Program-made: the position numbers and the translations under genes
Part shown: positions 44,600 through 54,189 of the stretch, piece after piece
Position numbering within the stretch: position 1 is the stretch's first letter
Layout of the letters: every line of letters begins with the position of its first letter
From: Polyangiaceae bacterium
Lineage (GTDB): Bacteria > Myxococcota_A > Polyangia > Polyangiales > Polyangiaceae
NCBI GenBank assembly: GCA_050287085.1
Contig: JBNKBE010000003.1
Coordinates: 207,350-271,349 of the forward strand
Length of the DNA stretch: 64,000 bases
Direction: 5' to 3'
Notes under the pieces: model-generated
What the model was told of the DNA's origin: nothing
What the model saw: the letters and a program-made list of their open reading frames with translations, nothing else
The model's database searches: none

Positions 44600-45606
44600 G
44601 AAGCGGCCTCCCTGGGACCAAACGGCTTTCTGTAGACAATGTCCTTTGCCAGGTGGACCACCTCGAACGGCGAACTCGGATTCAACAGCGACTCCGAATG
44701 ACCGAGGAAGAGGTAGCCTCCATGAATCAAGCGGGAACGAAAACTCTCTACAACCCGCTTGCGCGCTTCGGGCCCCAGATAGATCAGCACGTTGCGACAG
44801 AAGACAACGTCGACGCGACCAACGACCGAACAAGCCCCCGAGTCGACCAGGTTAACCTGAGAGAACTGGCAGTAGCGACGAATGGCGTCTACAACACGGT
44901 AGCCCTGCGCTGTTCCATGTACCTGCGCTGTTCCATGTACCTGCGCTGTTCCATGTACCTGCGCTTCCCCGTGTACCTGGGGCCCCGATGCGCCGAGCGA
45001 TCCTGGTGGCGCAGACGGCTCCGATGTCGGCACGAAGTACTCGCTAAGCTCTTCCGGCTCGATAGCTCTGAACGAGACGTCGGTGTAGACGGCGCCTCTC
45101 GCAGTCGCTAGCCGCCGCTTGGAAATGTCGGTCCCGATGACTTTTACATCCCAGTCATTGAAGAGCCCAGACCGGTGAATGAGCATCGCAAGCGAATAGA
45201 CCTCTTCGCCCGTCGAGCAGCCAGCGCTCCAAACGGTCAGGCGTCGTTCTCTGCGCTGGGTTTCGTGAATCTTCGGCAACACATGGCTCACGAAGCTCTC
45301 CAGTTGATAGCGCTGCCGCATGAAATAGGTCTCGCCGGTGGTCAGGAGCTCCACCGCCTGCGCGACTTCTTCGCGCTGCGAGCCATAGCGAAGCAAACGG
45401 TAATAGGCGCCAAAGTCCGGGCACTCGTGAGCCAGCACCCGCTCCGACAAGCGGCGCTGGAAAGTGCGCAAGTGGGAAGGCTCGAAACGCAATCCTGCGT
45501 AGTCTTGAAAGAAGGTCGCCAGCAGCGCGAAGTCAGAGGGCGTCAGTTCAGGCTCCCCCACAGCGTCTGGCCCGTCGCGAAGCCCCTCCTCATCCCGCGC
45601 CTGCAT
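44596..45606 (-). CDS. cheR: Chemotaxis protein-glutamate O-methyltransferase with loop insertion
   Basis: TTGETYF, WSAGCSTGEE, GTDIS, FCRNVLIY, GYLFLGHSESL; AGGAG RBS before the ATG at 45606. Confidence 0.96.
   Translation of the reverse strand: MQARDEEGLRDGPDAVGEPELTPSDFALLATFFQDYAGLRFEPSHLRTFQRRLSERVLAHECPDFGAYYRLLRYGSQREEVAQAVELLTTGETYFMRQRYQLESFVSHVLPKIHETQRRERRLTVWSAGCSTGEEVYSLAMLIHRSGLFNDWDVKVIGTDISKRRLATARGAVYTDVSFRAIEPEELSEYFVPTSEPSAPPGSLGASGPQVHGEAQVHGTAQVHGTAQVHGTAQGYRVVDAIRRYCQFSQVNLVDSGACSVVGRVDVVFCRNVLIYLGPEARKRVVESFRSRLIHGGYLFLGHSESLLNPSSPFEVVHLAKDIVYRKPFGPREAAS
44904..44979. repeat. 18-bp in-frame tandem repeat in cheR (QVHG[E/T]A x4)
   Basis: cctgcgctgttccatgta x3 plus one diverged copy cctgcgcttccccgtgta. 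Confidence 0.92.
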
Positions 45607-45778
45607 CAGCACTCCTAGCTCACTCCACACACTTCGTGTTCAGTCCGCGTCCGACGCGGCGGCGCCCATTACATCGCACCAACGCCCCTTGCCGTCCCGA
45701 TAGCCTTGCTCGTCCCGTGGCACCAGGCTTCTCATAGCACCCCTGGCGAACCAACGCATCTGGAGCCGGAGAACACGC

Positions 45779-46282
45779 TCAGACAAGCTGACCCTGCGGC
45801 GTGGCAATCTGGCCCGCCAGGGCCCAATCCGCCATCCGCGCGAAACGGAGTGTATCAAGAACGAACGTCAGCTGCCCATCGTGGGTTGTCACACCCAGGA
45901 ATAGGTTGTCGTCTACCTCACCCAGCTCGGGGGCCGGCCTGAGCCCTTTGCCCCCAGTGCCAAAGACCTCCGTCACCTTATCGACAACCAGCCCTAGCGA
46001 TCGTCCGGGTCCAATCTCCACGAGAATCCATTTCGGTCGACGCGCCACCCCGTCTTCAGGCACACCAAAGAGCCTACGCAGTTCGATAACGGGAACTACA
46101 TCACCGCGGTGGTCGGCCACCCCCGCCAAGATGGCCGGAGCATTCGGAAAGTTCGTAAGTGGCAGCGGGTTAACAATCTCGCGCACAACGCGAATCTGGA
46201 TAGCGTAGGCCGAAGCACCGACGAGGCACCCAACCAGGCTGCGCTCAACGTCGTGGCGCTCGCGACGACGTGTCTTACTCAC
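45779..46282 (-). CDS. cheW: CheW coupling protein
   Basis: VREIV, GVADHRGDVVPVIELRRLFG, GLVVDKVTEV. Confidence 0.92.
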   Translation of the reverse strand: MSKTRRRERHDVERSLVGCLVGASAYAIQIRVVREIVNPLPLTNFPNAPAILAGVADHRGDVVPVIELRRLFGVPEDGVARRPKWILVEIGPGRSLGLVVDKVTEVFGTGGKGLRPAPELGEVDDNLFLGVTTHDGQLTFVLDTLRFARMADWALAGQIATPQGQLV

Positions 46283-46770
46283 GGCGCCACCTTCTCCATA
46301 TCCAAGAGCACCACGGGGCCGTTCTGACCGCGAGCGATACCCAGCGTGTGCTCGGAAGCTTCCGACCCGAACACGCTTTGAGTGGGCTCGATCTCCTCTG
46401 ACCCGAGACGCACCACGGAAACCACTGAGTCTACGAGCAAACCAATCACCTCGCCGTCGGAGGTCTGAGTCAACAACACGCGACTGTCTTTGGGTATGGA
46501 AGTATGGGGTGGCAATCCGAGTCGTCGCCGCAGGCAGATGAGGGTAAGCAAACGCCCACGCACACTGAAAATTCCTAGAACATCACTCGGCGCGCGAGGC
46601 ACTGGAGTCACACGCGGACTGGTCTGAATCTCCAATATCCTCGGTAGAGCGAAGGCAAATGCTTCACCCGCAAGCTTGAATTCGAGGAACTCAATCACAC
46701 CGGAAGCCGCATCCCCGCTATCGACCAGGGACGAGGCAGCTGGAAGATTGAGGCGCGTCAGCTCAAACAC
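46279..46770 (-). CDS. cheW: CheW coupling protein
   Basis: FKLAGEAFA, TPVPRAP..VLGIFSVRG, GLLVDSVVSV. Confidence 0.92.
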   Translation of the reverse strand: MFELTRLNLPAASSLVDSGDAASGVIEFLEFKLAGEAFAFALPRILEIQTSPRVTPVPRAPSDVLGIFSVRGRLLTLICLRRRLGLPPHTSIPKDSRVLLTQTSDGEVIGLLVDSVVSVVRLGSEEIEPTQSVFGSEASEHTLGIARGQNGPVVLLDMEKVAP

Positions 46771-48864
46771 TCAACCTGCCTCCTGAGCCAACCGAGAATC
46801 GCCGAAGGTCAATACTTCCTCGATGAGATTGGCCACGTCGAGAACCAACGCCACCCCCTGCTCCCCGAGCTCCGAAGCGCCAGCAATGCCGCGAACGCCG
46901 CTGAGGGAGGGTCCCAATGCCTTGATCACGATGTCTTCCTGTCCCACCAGATGGGTGACGACCAGCCCTGCGCGACGAGGCCCAGCAGCCACCACGACTA
47001 CGAAGCCACGACGACTGCCAGCTTGCTCGGGGATTCCGAACAACTCACTGAGTCGACAGAGCGGCAGCGTCGCACCGTCGCGGATCCATACCTCGCGGCC
47101 TTCCACCCATCGCAGCGCCGAAGGATCGAGAGCGAGCGCTTCCGAAACACTGCTGAGTGGAATAGCGAAGATGCGCTCACTGACCCGCACCAGCAGAGCG
47201 TTCACGATCGCGAGGGTGATGGGCAGCGTGACGGTTATTTGAGTGCCGATATTCTCTTCGCTGCGCAGGTCGATGACGCCGCCCAGCTTGCCGATATTCG
47301 TCTTGACGACGTCCATTCCCACGCCTCGGCCACTGTGTTCGTCGGCCTTCTCGCGAGTGCTGAGCCCAGGCAAGAACATCAGATTCAGCGCGTCGGAGCG
47401 GTTGAGCTCTATTGCATCCGAAGTGCTCAGAGCTCCCAGCTTAACGGCCCGATCGACCAGGGACTGGGCGCGAATACCCCCGCCATCGTCTTCGACCTCG
47501 AGCACGACGTGGTTGCCTTTTTGAAAAGCATTGAGCGCGATCGTTCCCGCGCTTGGCTTGCTGAGCTCTCGCCGTCGGTCCGCGTCCTCGATCCCGTGAT
47601 CGATGGCGTTGCGAACGATGTGCATCAACGGATCGCTCAGCTCCTCGACCAAGACCTTGTCAATCTCGGTCTCACCTCCCGTGATCACCAAGCGGACCTC
47701 TTTGTTCAGCTCGCGACTGATCTGTCGAACGACCCTCGTGAGGCGATCGAAGACCTGAGAGAGAGGCACCATGCGCACCTCGAGAATGCCTTCCTGAAGC
47801 TCGCGTAGACGTCGCTCGAAATCGCGGTTCAGGCGGAGAATTTCGGTGCCGAGCCCGCGCTGACCTTCGCCGCGAAGCCGCTCACCGAGCCTCGCAATCG
47901 CTCCGCGAACGATGGTGAGCTCCCCCACGGCGTCCATGAGCAAGTCCAGGCGACGAATATCGACCCGCACGGTTTGCGTAACGGAACGGATCATGGCGGC
48001 CGGCGCCATCGAGTGCTCGTCCGCATCACCCCCGCCCTTGGGGGCGTAGGTCGACTCGTCCTCTGCTGCGACCTCAGACGCGAGGGGGGATGTCACCAAG
48101 GGCGCTGGTTGTTGTGTGATCCGGGCCGCCGTCGGCAACGCGGTGATCCCCACCTGCTCGCTTCCCAACTCTCGCTCAAGCTCGCTCAACGCCACGCCGC
48201 TGGCGAGCAGAAGGTCGAGTTCGATCACGTCGGCACTCGCCGATTCCCCGGTGGGCAGGTACGTGATGACCTCTCCCAAGGGCTTGGCTTTTGCCTTGAT
48301 TGCTTCCAGATCCTTGTCGATGCTCACAAGCTCGAACTTCACGCGCACGCGATAAAGACCTAGCCCTTGCTTCAAACACGACTGGAGGCGATGCTCCTCG
48401 TACTCCGTCAGCACCGAGAGCAACGCGGGATCGATCAGCGAGCCGGGCAGTGGCTCCGGAGCTGACTCATCGCTGACGAGCGCATTCAAGCTCGCCATCA
48501 AGAACTTGATATCCGGTGCGCTGCCTTCCCCGTCGTTCTCGAAAGCCAACAGCTGCCAGTAGAGTTCTACGCTCTGAAACAATACGTCGAGCAGGTTCGC
48601 AGTGAGCGACAGACGTCCAAGACGCAACTTGTCGAGCACGTCCTCGAGACGGTGCGACAAGACGGCGATGTCCTGAGCTCCGAAGATCCCCGCTAGGCTC
48701 TTCAGCGTATGAACGGCGCGAAACGCGCCATTGACGAGCGCGGGCTCTTCCGTTCCCGCACGCTGGTGCTCGTCGAGGCCCAGAAGCGAGCGAGACAATG
48801 TCTCGACGAGCTCCTGCGCTTCGGAGAAGAAGTCCTCACGTGCTTTGTCGCCACCGTCCGCCAT
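46771..48864 (-). CDS. cheA: Chemotaxis histidine kinase
   Basis: Hpt FRAVHTLKS, TVRVD..LDLLM, PLMHIVRNAIDHGIE, DDGGG, SGRGVGMDVV, LPITLAI, C-terminal CheW domain. Confidence 0.97.
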   Translation of the reverse strand: MADGGDKAREDFFSEAQELVETLSRSLLGLDEHQRAGTEEPALVNGAFRAVHTLKSLAGIFGAQDIAVLSHRLEDVLDKLRLGRLSLTANLLDVLFQSVELYWQLLAFENDGEGSAPDIKFLMASLNALVSDESAPEPLPGSLIDPALLSVLTEYEEHRLQSCLKQGLGLYRVRVKFELVSIDKDLEAIKAKAKPLGEVITYLPTGESASADVIELDLLLASGVALSELERELGSEQVGITALPTAARITQQPAPLVTSPLASEVAAEDESTYAPKGGGDADEHSMAPAAMIRSVTQTVRVDIRRLDLLMDAVGELTIVRGAIARLGERLRGEGQRGLGTEILRLNRDFERRLRELQEGILEVRMVPLSQVFDRLTRVVRQISRELNKEVRLVITGGETEIDKVLVEELSDPLMHIVRNAIDHGIEDADRRRELSKPSAGTIALNAFQKGNHVVLEVEDDGGGIRAQSLVDRAVKLGALSTSDAIELNRSDALNLMFLPGLSTREKADEHSGRGVGMDVVKTNIGKLGGVIDLRSEENIGTQITVTLPITLAIVNALLVRVSERIFAIPLSSVSEALALDPSALRWVEGREVWIRDGATLPLCRLSELFGIPEQAGSRRGFVVVVAAGPRRAGLVVTHLVGQEDIVIKALGPSLSGVRGIAGASELGEQGVALVLDVANLIEEVLTFGDSRLAQEAG

Positions 48865-48865
48865 A

Positions 48866-49267
48866 TCAGCAGGAGCGCGCCACTCTCCTTTCGGAAAGCA
48901 ACGACGCGACGACTTCAACTATCTGAGCGGGTGTGAAGGGCTTCTGAACGAAAGCGTCAGAACCAAGCTGCGCCCCACGTCGACGGTCGGTGCCCGTCCC
49001 CTCGGTGGAAATCAGAACCACCGGCGTCAGGGCATGCCGACCGTTGCTGCGGATGAAGCGCAGTAGTTCGAGGCCGTTGATATCGGGCATGTAGATGTCG
49101 CAGATCACCAAATCGTAGGGGCCATCTGGAAGCAGGCGCAAAGCCTCGAATCCTCCCCCCGCTTCCACTACCAGAACCGGGCCAAGCTGGCGTGCCGCGC
49201 CGACCAGTGCCGCTCGCACGAAGGCGCGCGTCGCGGGTGAGTCATCGACCAATAGAATACGAGTCAT
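48866..49267 (-). CDS. cheY: Single-domain response regulator (CheY-like)
   Basis: ILLVDDS, ICDIYMPDINGLEL, LIST, KPF; first gene of the che cluster. Confidence 0.9.
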   Translation of the reverse strand: MTRILLVDDSPATRAFVRAALVGAARQLGPVLVVEAGGGFEALRLLPDGPYDLVICDIYMPDINGLELLRFIRSNGRHALTPVVLISTEGTGTDRRRGAQLGSDAFVQKPFTPAQIVEVVASLLSERRVARSC

Positions 49268-49513
49268 AAGCGCCCCACCTTCGGAACCGACCGAAGCCCA
49301 AGATATTGGGCATACTCGAATGATAGCGGCCCAGCCCATAGGAATTGAACCGTCCGCGGCCGCCGCGACGCGAGTAGCCCCTCACCGTCCGACCCGTGGG
49401 CCTCTCGAGGATAGGTCGCGACAAAGCAGCGTACCGGCGATACTAGACCCTCGGAGCCCGCGCCCCGACAAAGTTGAGCTCCCCACGCCCCCTGCTCCAC
49501 CGTCGCGCCTCCC

Positions 49514-50362
49514 ATGTCGTCTTCCCGATCTGACACTAGCTCTGCTCCACCGCCATGGTCCCGATTAGCCATTCTCGTGGGGCTGGGTGTGGGGGCTTTG
49601 GCCGTGCCCAAGCTCTCCTTTCCTGCGGTCGTATTGCTTCTTGTCGGCGGATTGACGCTCCCGGCTCAGACGTCCGCCCAGAAGCGGTGGGGACGTGGCG
49701 CGCTAGCGCTCGCAACAATGCTGACGACCGCGGGCCTGCTGCGCTTCGTACTGCTGGACGCCCTGCCGGGTGTGATCGCGGGAGGGCGAGCCGCAGTAGA
49801 AAAACAAGCCGTCTCCACGCTCCGGGGCATCATCGTAGCCCAGGACTACGCGCGAACCCACGCGCTTCGCGACACCGATGGTGACGGAGTCGGTGAGGCA
49901 CTCACCCTGTCCGAGCTCGCCGGCTACCAGCCGGTCGGGGGGGCGCTTGGCGGTGCCAACGCCCCTCTGCATTTTCCGGAACAAGACCTGATCGACACCC
50001 GCCGCGGCAAGGCGCTACGCCGCGCGGGGTACCTGGTACAGGTCTGTTTGCCCGTCGCGGGGGATGAATTCGACGCGCGCCGAAGCTCGGCAGTGGACCC
50101 GGAGCTGGCCGAACGACGGTATCTGCTCTATGCCTGGCCAGAGCAGACTGGAAAGGGGCGCCCCCAAACCGTCTACTTCGCCGACGAACATGAACGAATC
50201 CTACAGCTCCCCGACCCCGAGGGGCGCATCGAAGGCCCGGCTCGACCACCGGATTGTGCAGCGGCGCTAGTGGAGCCTGGGTGGACCGCCTGGAAAGACA
50301 AGAAGCCCAAGGCCCACCTGGTCGGCGACTCGCCGGCGGGCGCTACGAGCCACCAGCCATGA
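49514..50362 (+). CDS. Membrane protein with pilin-like/DUF2950-like exported domain
   Basis: N-terminal TMs; EKQAVSTLRGIIVAQ..DTDGDGVGE..LSELAG..GY..YAWP..YFADE pattern. Confidence 0.6.
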   Translation: MSSSRSDTSSAPPPWSRLAILVGLGVGALAVPKLSFPAVVLLLVGGLTLPAQTSAQKRWGRGALALATMLTTAGLLRFVLLDALPGVIAGGRAAVEKQAVSTLRGIIVAQDYARTHALRDTDGDGVGEALTLSELAGYQPVGGALGGANAPLHFPEQDLIDTRRGKALRRAGYLVQVCLPVAGDEFDARRSSAVDPELAERRYLLYAWPEQTGKGRPQTVYFADEHERILQLPDPEGRIEGPARPPDCAAALVEPGWTAWKDKKPKAHLVGDSPAGATSHQP

Positions 50363-50769
50363 TTCGCAACAACCTGAAAAGCCTCGGAAAAGAACTCCTC
50401 CGCGGAGTCGGTGCGCGCGTGCGCAGAGCGCAGGTATCACCCCCCGCAGGGTCATCCCGCACCGAAGCCAACGGGCCCGGCGCCCAGCTGTCGACGCGCA
50501 GCGCCGCTGAGCTGGCGGCAAGCGAGGATGAACCGCCCGTCGTGGCGCGTCTCATCGTCGAGATTCGAAGCGACGGCTCGCGCACGGTGGCACGCGGCGC
50601 CATGATCGACGAACAGAGCGGCGAACGGGTTTCGCTCGTCGCCCAGGGTCATTCCCCGCTTTCGCTCGCAGCGCAACTCGCCAAGAACCTGCTGAGCCTC
50701 CCCCTCACCCACGCTCGCTTCGTGCGCTCGCTGAAGTCGGACAAGCCGCCGCCCGAGGATCCCCGGTGA
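50359..50769 (+). CDS. Hypothetical protein
   Basis: ATGA overlap upstream and GTGA overlap downstream; conserved-looking core PPVVARLIVEIRSDGSRTVARGA. Confidence 0.7.
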   Translation: MIRNNLKSLGKELLRGVGARVRRAQVSPPAGSSRTEANGPGAQLSTRSAAELAASEDEPPVVARLIVEIRSDGSRTVARGAMIDEQSGERVSLVAQGHSPLSLAAQLAKNLLSLPLTHARFVRSLKSDKPPPEDPR

Positions 50770-51341
50770 CTTCGCCGTCCCCCCAGGTGAACGCGACATC
50801 ACCGGTCGAAGTGGTCCGCCCTCGGCCCCTTGCAAAGCGCGTTCGGCGCTGGCTGCTCGAAGCCGGCGTCGCGTTGCTGGTTTACTTGGGGATGTCAGGT
50901 TACCAGGGTCGCCATCTGCTGTCGTCGCTGTCGCCCGCCCCGGCGTTCTCGGTGCAAAGCCTCGACGGCCACAACGTCACGTTGGAGTCCTTCCGCGGTA
51001 AACGCGTCATCTTGCACTTCTGGGCTACGTGGTGTGCGGTCTGTCGCCGAGAATTCTCGATGCTGAACTCACTCGCCCGAGAGCTGCCCGACAATACGGC
51101 GTTGCTGACGCTCGTCGCCGCCGATGACGCCGACGCGGTGCGTTCCTTGGCCCAAGAGCACAAGCTCGAATACCCGATCGCCATTGCCTCAGATGAACTC
51201 GTGCGCCGTTTCAAGGTGCACGCATTCCCCACAAACTACTTTCTTGACGAAGAGGGCCGCATCACGAGCAGCAGCGTCGGCATGAGTGCCGGCTGGGCTA
51301 TGCGGGCCCGCGCGAGCTGCAATGCGGCGCTCTTCCCGTGA
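50766..51341 (+). CDS. TlpA/ResA-like thiol-disulfide oxidoreductase
   Basis: N-terminal TM; APAFS..LDG, LHFWATWCAVC, FPTNYFLDEEGRI. Confidence 0.9.
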   Translation: MTSPSPQVNATSPVEVVRPRPLAKRVRRWLLEAGVALLVYLGMSGYQGRHLLSSLSPAPAFSVQSLDGHNVTLESFRGKRVILHFWATWCAVCRREFSMLNSLARELPDNTALLTLVAADDADAVRSLAQEHKLEYPIAIASDELVRRFKVHAFPTNYFLDEEGRITSSSVGMSAGWAMRARASCNAALFP

Positions 51342-51352
51342 CGGATCGCTGG

Positions 51353-51826
51353 TCATTCCGCATCAGGCGCTGATGCTACTCGTATCAGGCGCTGATGCTC
51401 GATGCCCGCCTCCATGAAGCGAGGTCCCTCTGGCTCGAAACCCCACTGCGTCCAAAACGGTAGCGCCTGCACCTGTGCGTTCATGAGCGCTCGCTCTCCT
51501 GGCGGTATGGCGGCCAACATGGCTTGCGCCAACCTCCGACCAACTCCAATCTTCCGAACTTCGGGGAGCACCGCGACGCGCTCGAGCTTCCATCCCTCCG
51601 GCACACGACGCAGGCGGCCTGTGCCAACAGAGCGCCCTCCGAGCCTTGCCAGAAACTGGAGGGCTCGACCGTCCTCACCGTCCAGCTCAAGCTCGCTCGC
51701 GACCCCTTGTTCCTCAACGAACACTATGCGTCGCACTTGCAGCGCCTCGTCGAGCCACGGCGGAGTGTACTCGCTAAGAACCTGAATCGACGCCGGAGAC
51801 GCGCCTAGACTAAGAAGCTCAGTCAT
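51353..51826 (-). CDS. GNAT N-acetyltransferase (YjcF/ElaA-like)
   Basis: VRRIVFVEEQ, GTGRL, LERVAVL..RKIGVG, NAQ, FMEAGIEH. Confidence 0.9.
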   Translation of the reverse strand: MTELLSLGASPASIQVLSEYTPPWLDEALQVRRIVFVEEQGVASELELDGEDGRALQFLARLGGRSVGTGRLRRVPEGWKLERVAVLPEVRKIGVGRRLAQAMLAAIPPGERALMNAQVQALPFWTQWGFEPEGPRFMEAGIEHQRLIRVASAPDAE

Positions 51827-52712
51827 CCCCACAGCTCTGTCGTCCCTTCTCACCAGAACTCCCCGTCAAGCGAAGCGACATTGCCAACTGATCCCTCGCC
51901 GACGCCAATTGTTCTCGCATCCAATGGTCCGAGCGACGCTGCAATGCATCCGCGTCGGAAACGAGGAGGGGCGAGCCAAACAACACCGCGACGACTGTGC
52001 GCGGCTTTGAGAGCCAGAACAGGATGTGGCGAACCAAGGTATCGTCGCCGACCCACGCGTCCCGAACGTCCCCGTATTCGATCACCATTGGCACGAGAGC
52101 AAAACCCGATTGACTCGACGCCCGAAAGAGCCCCGGACGAGTTGGCCCCATCCCGGGGCCCTCATAGGTCGTGCCCTCCGGAAACGCCGTCACGAGGCGC
52201 CCCCGCGCCACGAGCGCTGCAATGTCGCTGATCGTCCGAGCTCGACTGGACGCGTTGCGACGATCGACAAAGACGACCCCCATACGCTGGGCGACGGCAC
52301 CAATGATCGGCCAGGCACGGACCTCTTTCTTGCACAAGAAGGTCGTGGGCAACAGCCTCAGAAGCACGAGGATATCGAGATAGGACCGGTGATTGGACAC
52401 GATCAGCGCTGGCGCTCTCGGGAGCTCGCCCGAAACCGATAGCTGAACCCCCCCGATCCAGAGCAGATATCGCGCCCATCGCCCAATGAGGCGACATGCG
52501 TCCGGCCCCCGGCGCCGACTGCAGCGCAGCACCAGCAGCGCCGCGATCACTGCGGTCAGCACAGCCGGCGCTCGAAATGAGGCACGAGCGACGCCCGCGA
52601 CCGAGCGCAGGGGCGATGCCATGGCGCGTGTCGCCGGCGCCGCCCGATACGACGACGCGTCAGCAGCCGCCGATGGAGGGTTTATCACCTTGTGGCAGGC
52701 GCTCTCACTCAT
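51819..52712 (-). CDS. Lysophospholipid acyltransferase (PlsC/OlsA family)
   Basis: NHRSYLD, KKEVRAWPIIG, FVDR, FPEGTT; start uncertain. Confidence 0.9.
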   Translation of the reverse strand: MSESACHKVINPPSAAADASSYRAAPATRAMASPLRSVAGVARASFRAPAVLTAVIAALLVLRCSRRRGPDACRLIGRWARYLLWIGGVQLSVSGELPRAPALIVSNHRSYLDILVLLRLLPTTFLCKKEVRAWPIIGAVAQRMGVVFVDRRNASSRARTISDIAALVARGRLVTAFPEGTTYEGPGMGPTRPGLFRASSQSGFALVPMVIEYGDVRDAWVGDDTLVRHILFWLSKPRTVVAVLFGSPLLVSDADALQRRSDHWMREQLASARDQLAMSLRLTGSSGEKGRQSCGDD

Positions 52713-52872
52713 AGGCTTGGTTTCGAAACGGACGCCTGCCCTTTGCCGGCTAGCGTCAACGGACTGCTCGGCCGCCGCTTCGAGACTGATTGCCCAGCTG
52801 TGTGCCGTCCGTTTGAAGCTGCGGTAGCGATCGCGTGACGACCCTCATCTGCGCTCGAATCGCTGCGACACG

Positions 52873-53400
52873 CTACTGGCTCAAGGCGTCCCCTTTGAGC
52901 GCCTCAGCGAGACGCTCCGCGGACTCTACCTGTTTGCGCAATACGTCGACCTCCGCCTGCAGATGAGCGCTGCGCTCCTGCTCGGTCTGCAAGCGCCCCG
53001 CCAATTCGCGCTCCCGATGCCCACAATCTTCGCGCGTCTGTGCAACCACCTCAGCGCCCACCGAACGGGCCTGGGCCACCGCCTGCTGCTCTGCGAGCTG
53101 CGCTTGCTCCCGACGGGCGAGCATCATGTTTTCAGCCGCCCGCTGGTGCTCGTTCGCCTCGTCGCACGCCCCCGCCTCCCGATTGACCGAGCTGCACTGG
53201 CGCACGCGCCAGCGAGCCGCACCCACGAGCTGTTCACAATCGCCCCGGGTCTCACAACCCTTCGTCAACGCCTCGCCGAAGCCGTCTTCGTGCCCCCAGG
53301 CCGGGTGCCCACAGGCGCCCAGACCGAGTGCCGACAGCGCGGCAAAACTCGATAACAAGCGCTTGGTCCTGCTCCCTCGAATCCACTGATCTCGCTTCAT
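52873..53400 (-). CDS. Hypothetical lipoprotein with coiled coil
   Basis: Lipobox LGA-C, Cys-rich N-terminal part, heptad-rich C-terminal part. Confidence 0.6.
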   Translation of the reverse strand: MKRDQWIRGSRTKRLLSSFAALSALGLGACGHPAWGHEDGFGEALTKGCETRGDCEQLVGAARWRVRQCSSVNREAGACDEANEHQRAAENMMLARREQAQLAEQQAVAQARSVGAEVVAQTREDCGHRERELAGRLQTEQERSAHLQAEVDVLRKQVESAERLAEALKGDALSQ

Positions 53401-53561
53401 GGCCATCGGCTCCCTATTCCGCATCACCCCGCCGAACTGGCGGACGAAACGCACGAGGAGTGTCCCCTCAGCTAGGTTGCTGCGTCAAGGTTTCGCAGGC
53501 TCATGGGTTTGGGCCATCCCAAACCCACGCTTGAACGAGAAATGCTGCTACGGTCCTAGCC

Positions 53562-54164
53562 GTGCGTGCCGTCTTCTTCTGCCTGCTCATGAGCGTCTTG
53601 CCGGCTTGCCGCTCAACCGGCGAGCCCGATCGCGAAAACCCGCCCTCCAGTAGCGCAGGTCACGCATCTGCGACCGGCCCAGCGAAGGACAAGCCCCCTC
53701 AGCCGTCACCAATATCCCACCCCTCCGTACGAGAACTGGCCGCTCAGACGCGAGCTGCTCGCTATGGGGTCCCCCTGCGCAGCGATGAAGAGCTCGACGC
53801 GCTCCTGCGCTCGACCTGCCTGCAGTCCCGGGCGGACGGACAGCCCATCGTCCTAGACTTCGGCGCCGACTGGTGCGGCGACTGCCAACGCTTGCACGGG
53901 CTGCTCGGCGCCCCCGACCTGCAGGTCGCGTTGTCACGAGTGCATCTGGTCGAGCTGAACCTGGGCGCCCAACGTCACGAACAGCTCCGACGCGACTTCG
54001 GCGTCCGAGCTATCCCGCGCTGGTTCGTGCTTGCCCCCGAGGACTGCGAACGGTCGGTCTCGCAGTGGCGCCGATTGGGTGATCGCGTCCTGGAGCAAAC
54101 GCCCAGCGCCACCGACCTCTCGCGCTGGCTTGAGGGGGTCGTTCAGAGCAAACCCAGTCAATAG
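53562..54164 (+). CDS. Thioredoxin-family lipoprotein
   Basis: Lipobox LPA-C; LDFGADWCGDC; AIP cis-Pro loop. Confidence 0.85.
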   Translation: MRAVFFCLLMSVLPACRSTGEPDRENPPSSSAGHASATGPAKDKPPQPSPISHPSVRELAAQTRAARYGVPLRSDEELDALLRSTCLQSRADGQPIVLDFGADWCGDCQRLHGLLGAPDLQVALSRVHLVELNLGAQRHEQLRRDFGVRAIPRWFVLAPEDCERSVSQWRRLGDRVLEQTPSATDLSRWLEGVVQSKPSQ

Positions 54165-54189
54165 CCCGCTCCAATCGAGCACCGACCGT

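Noticed and set aside
44904..44979. Direct repeats as a possible CRISPR array
   Set aside because: 18-bp units are contiguous with no spacers, lie in frame within cheR, and no cas genes are present
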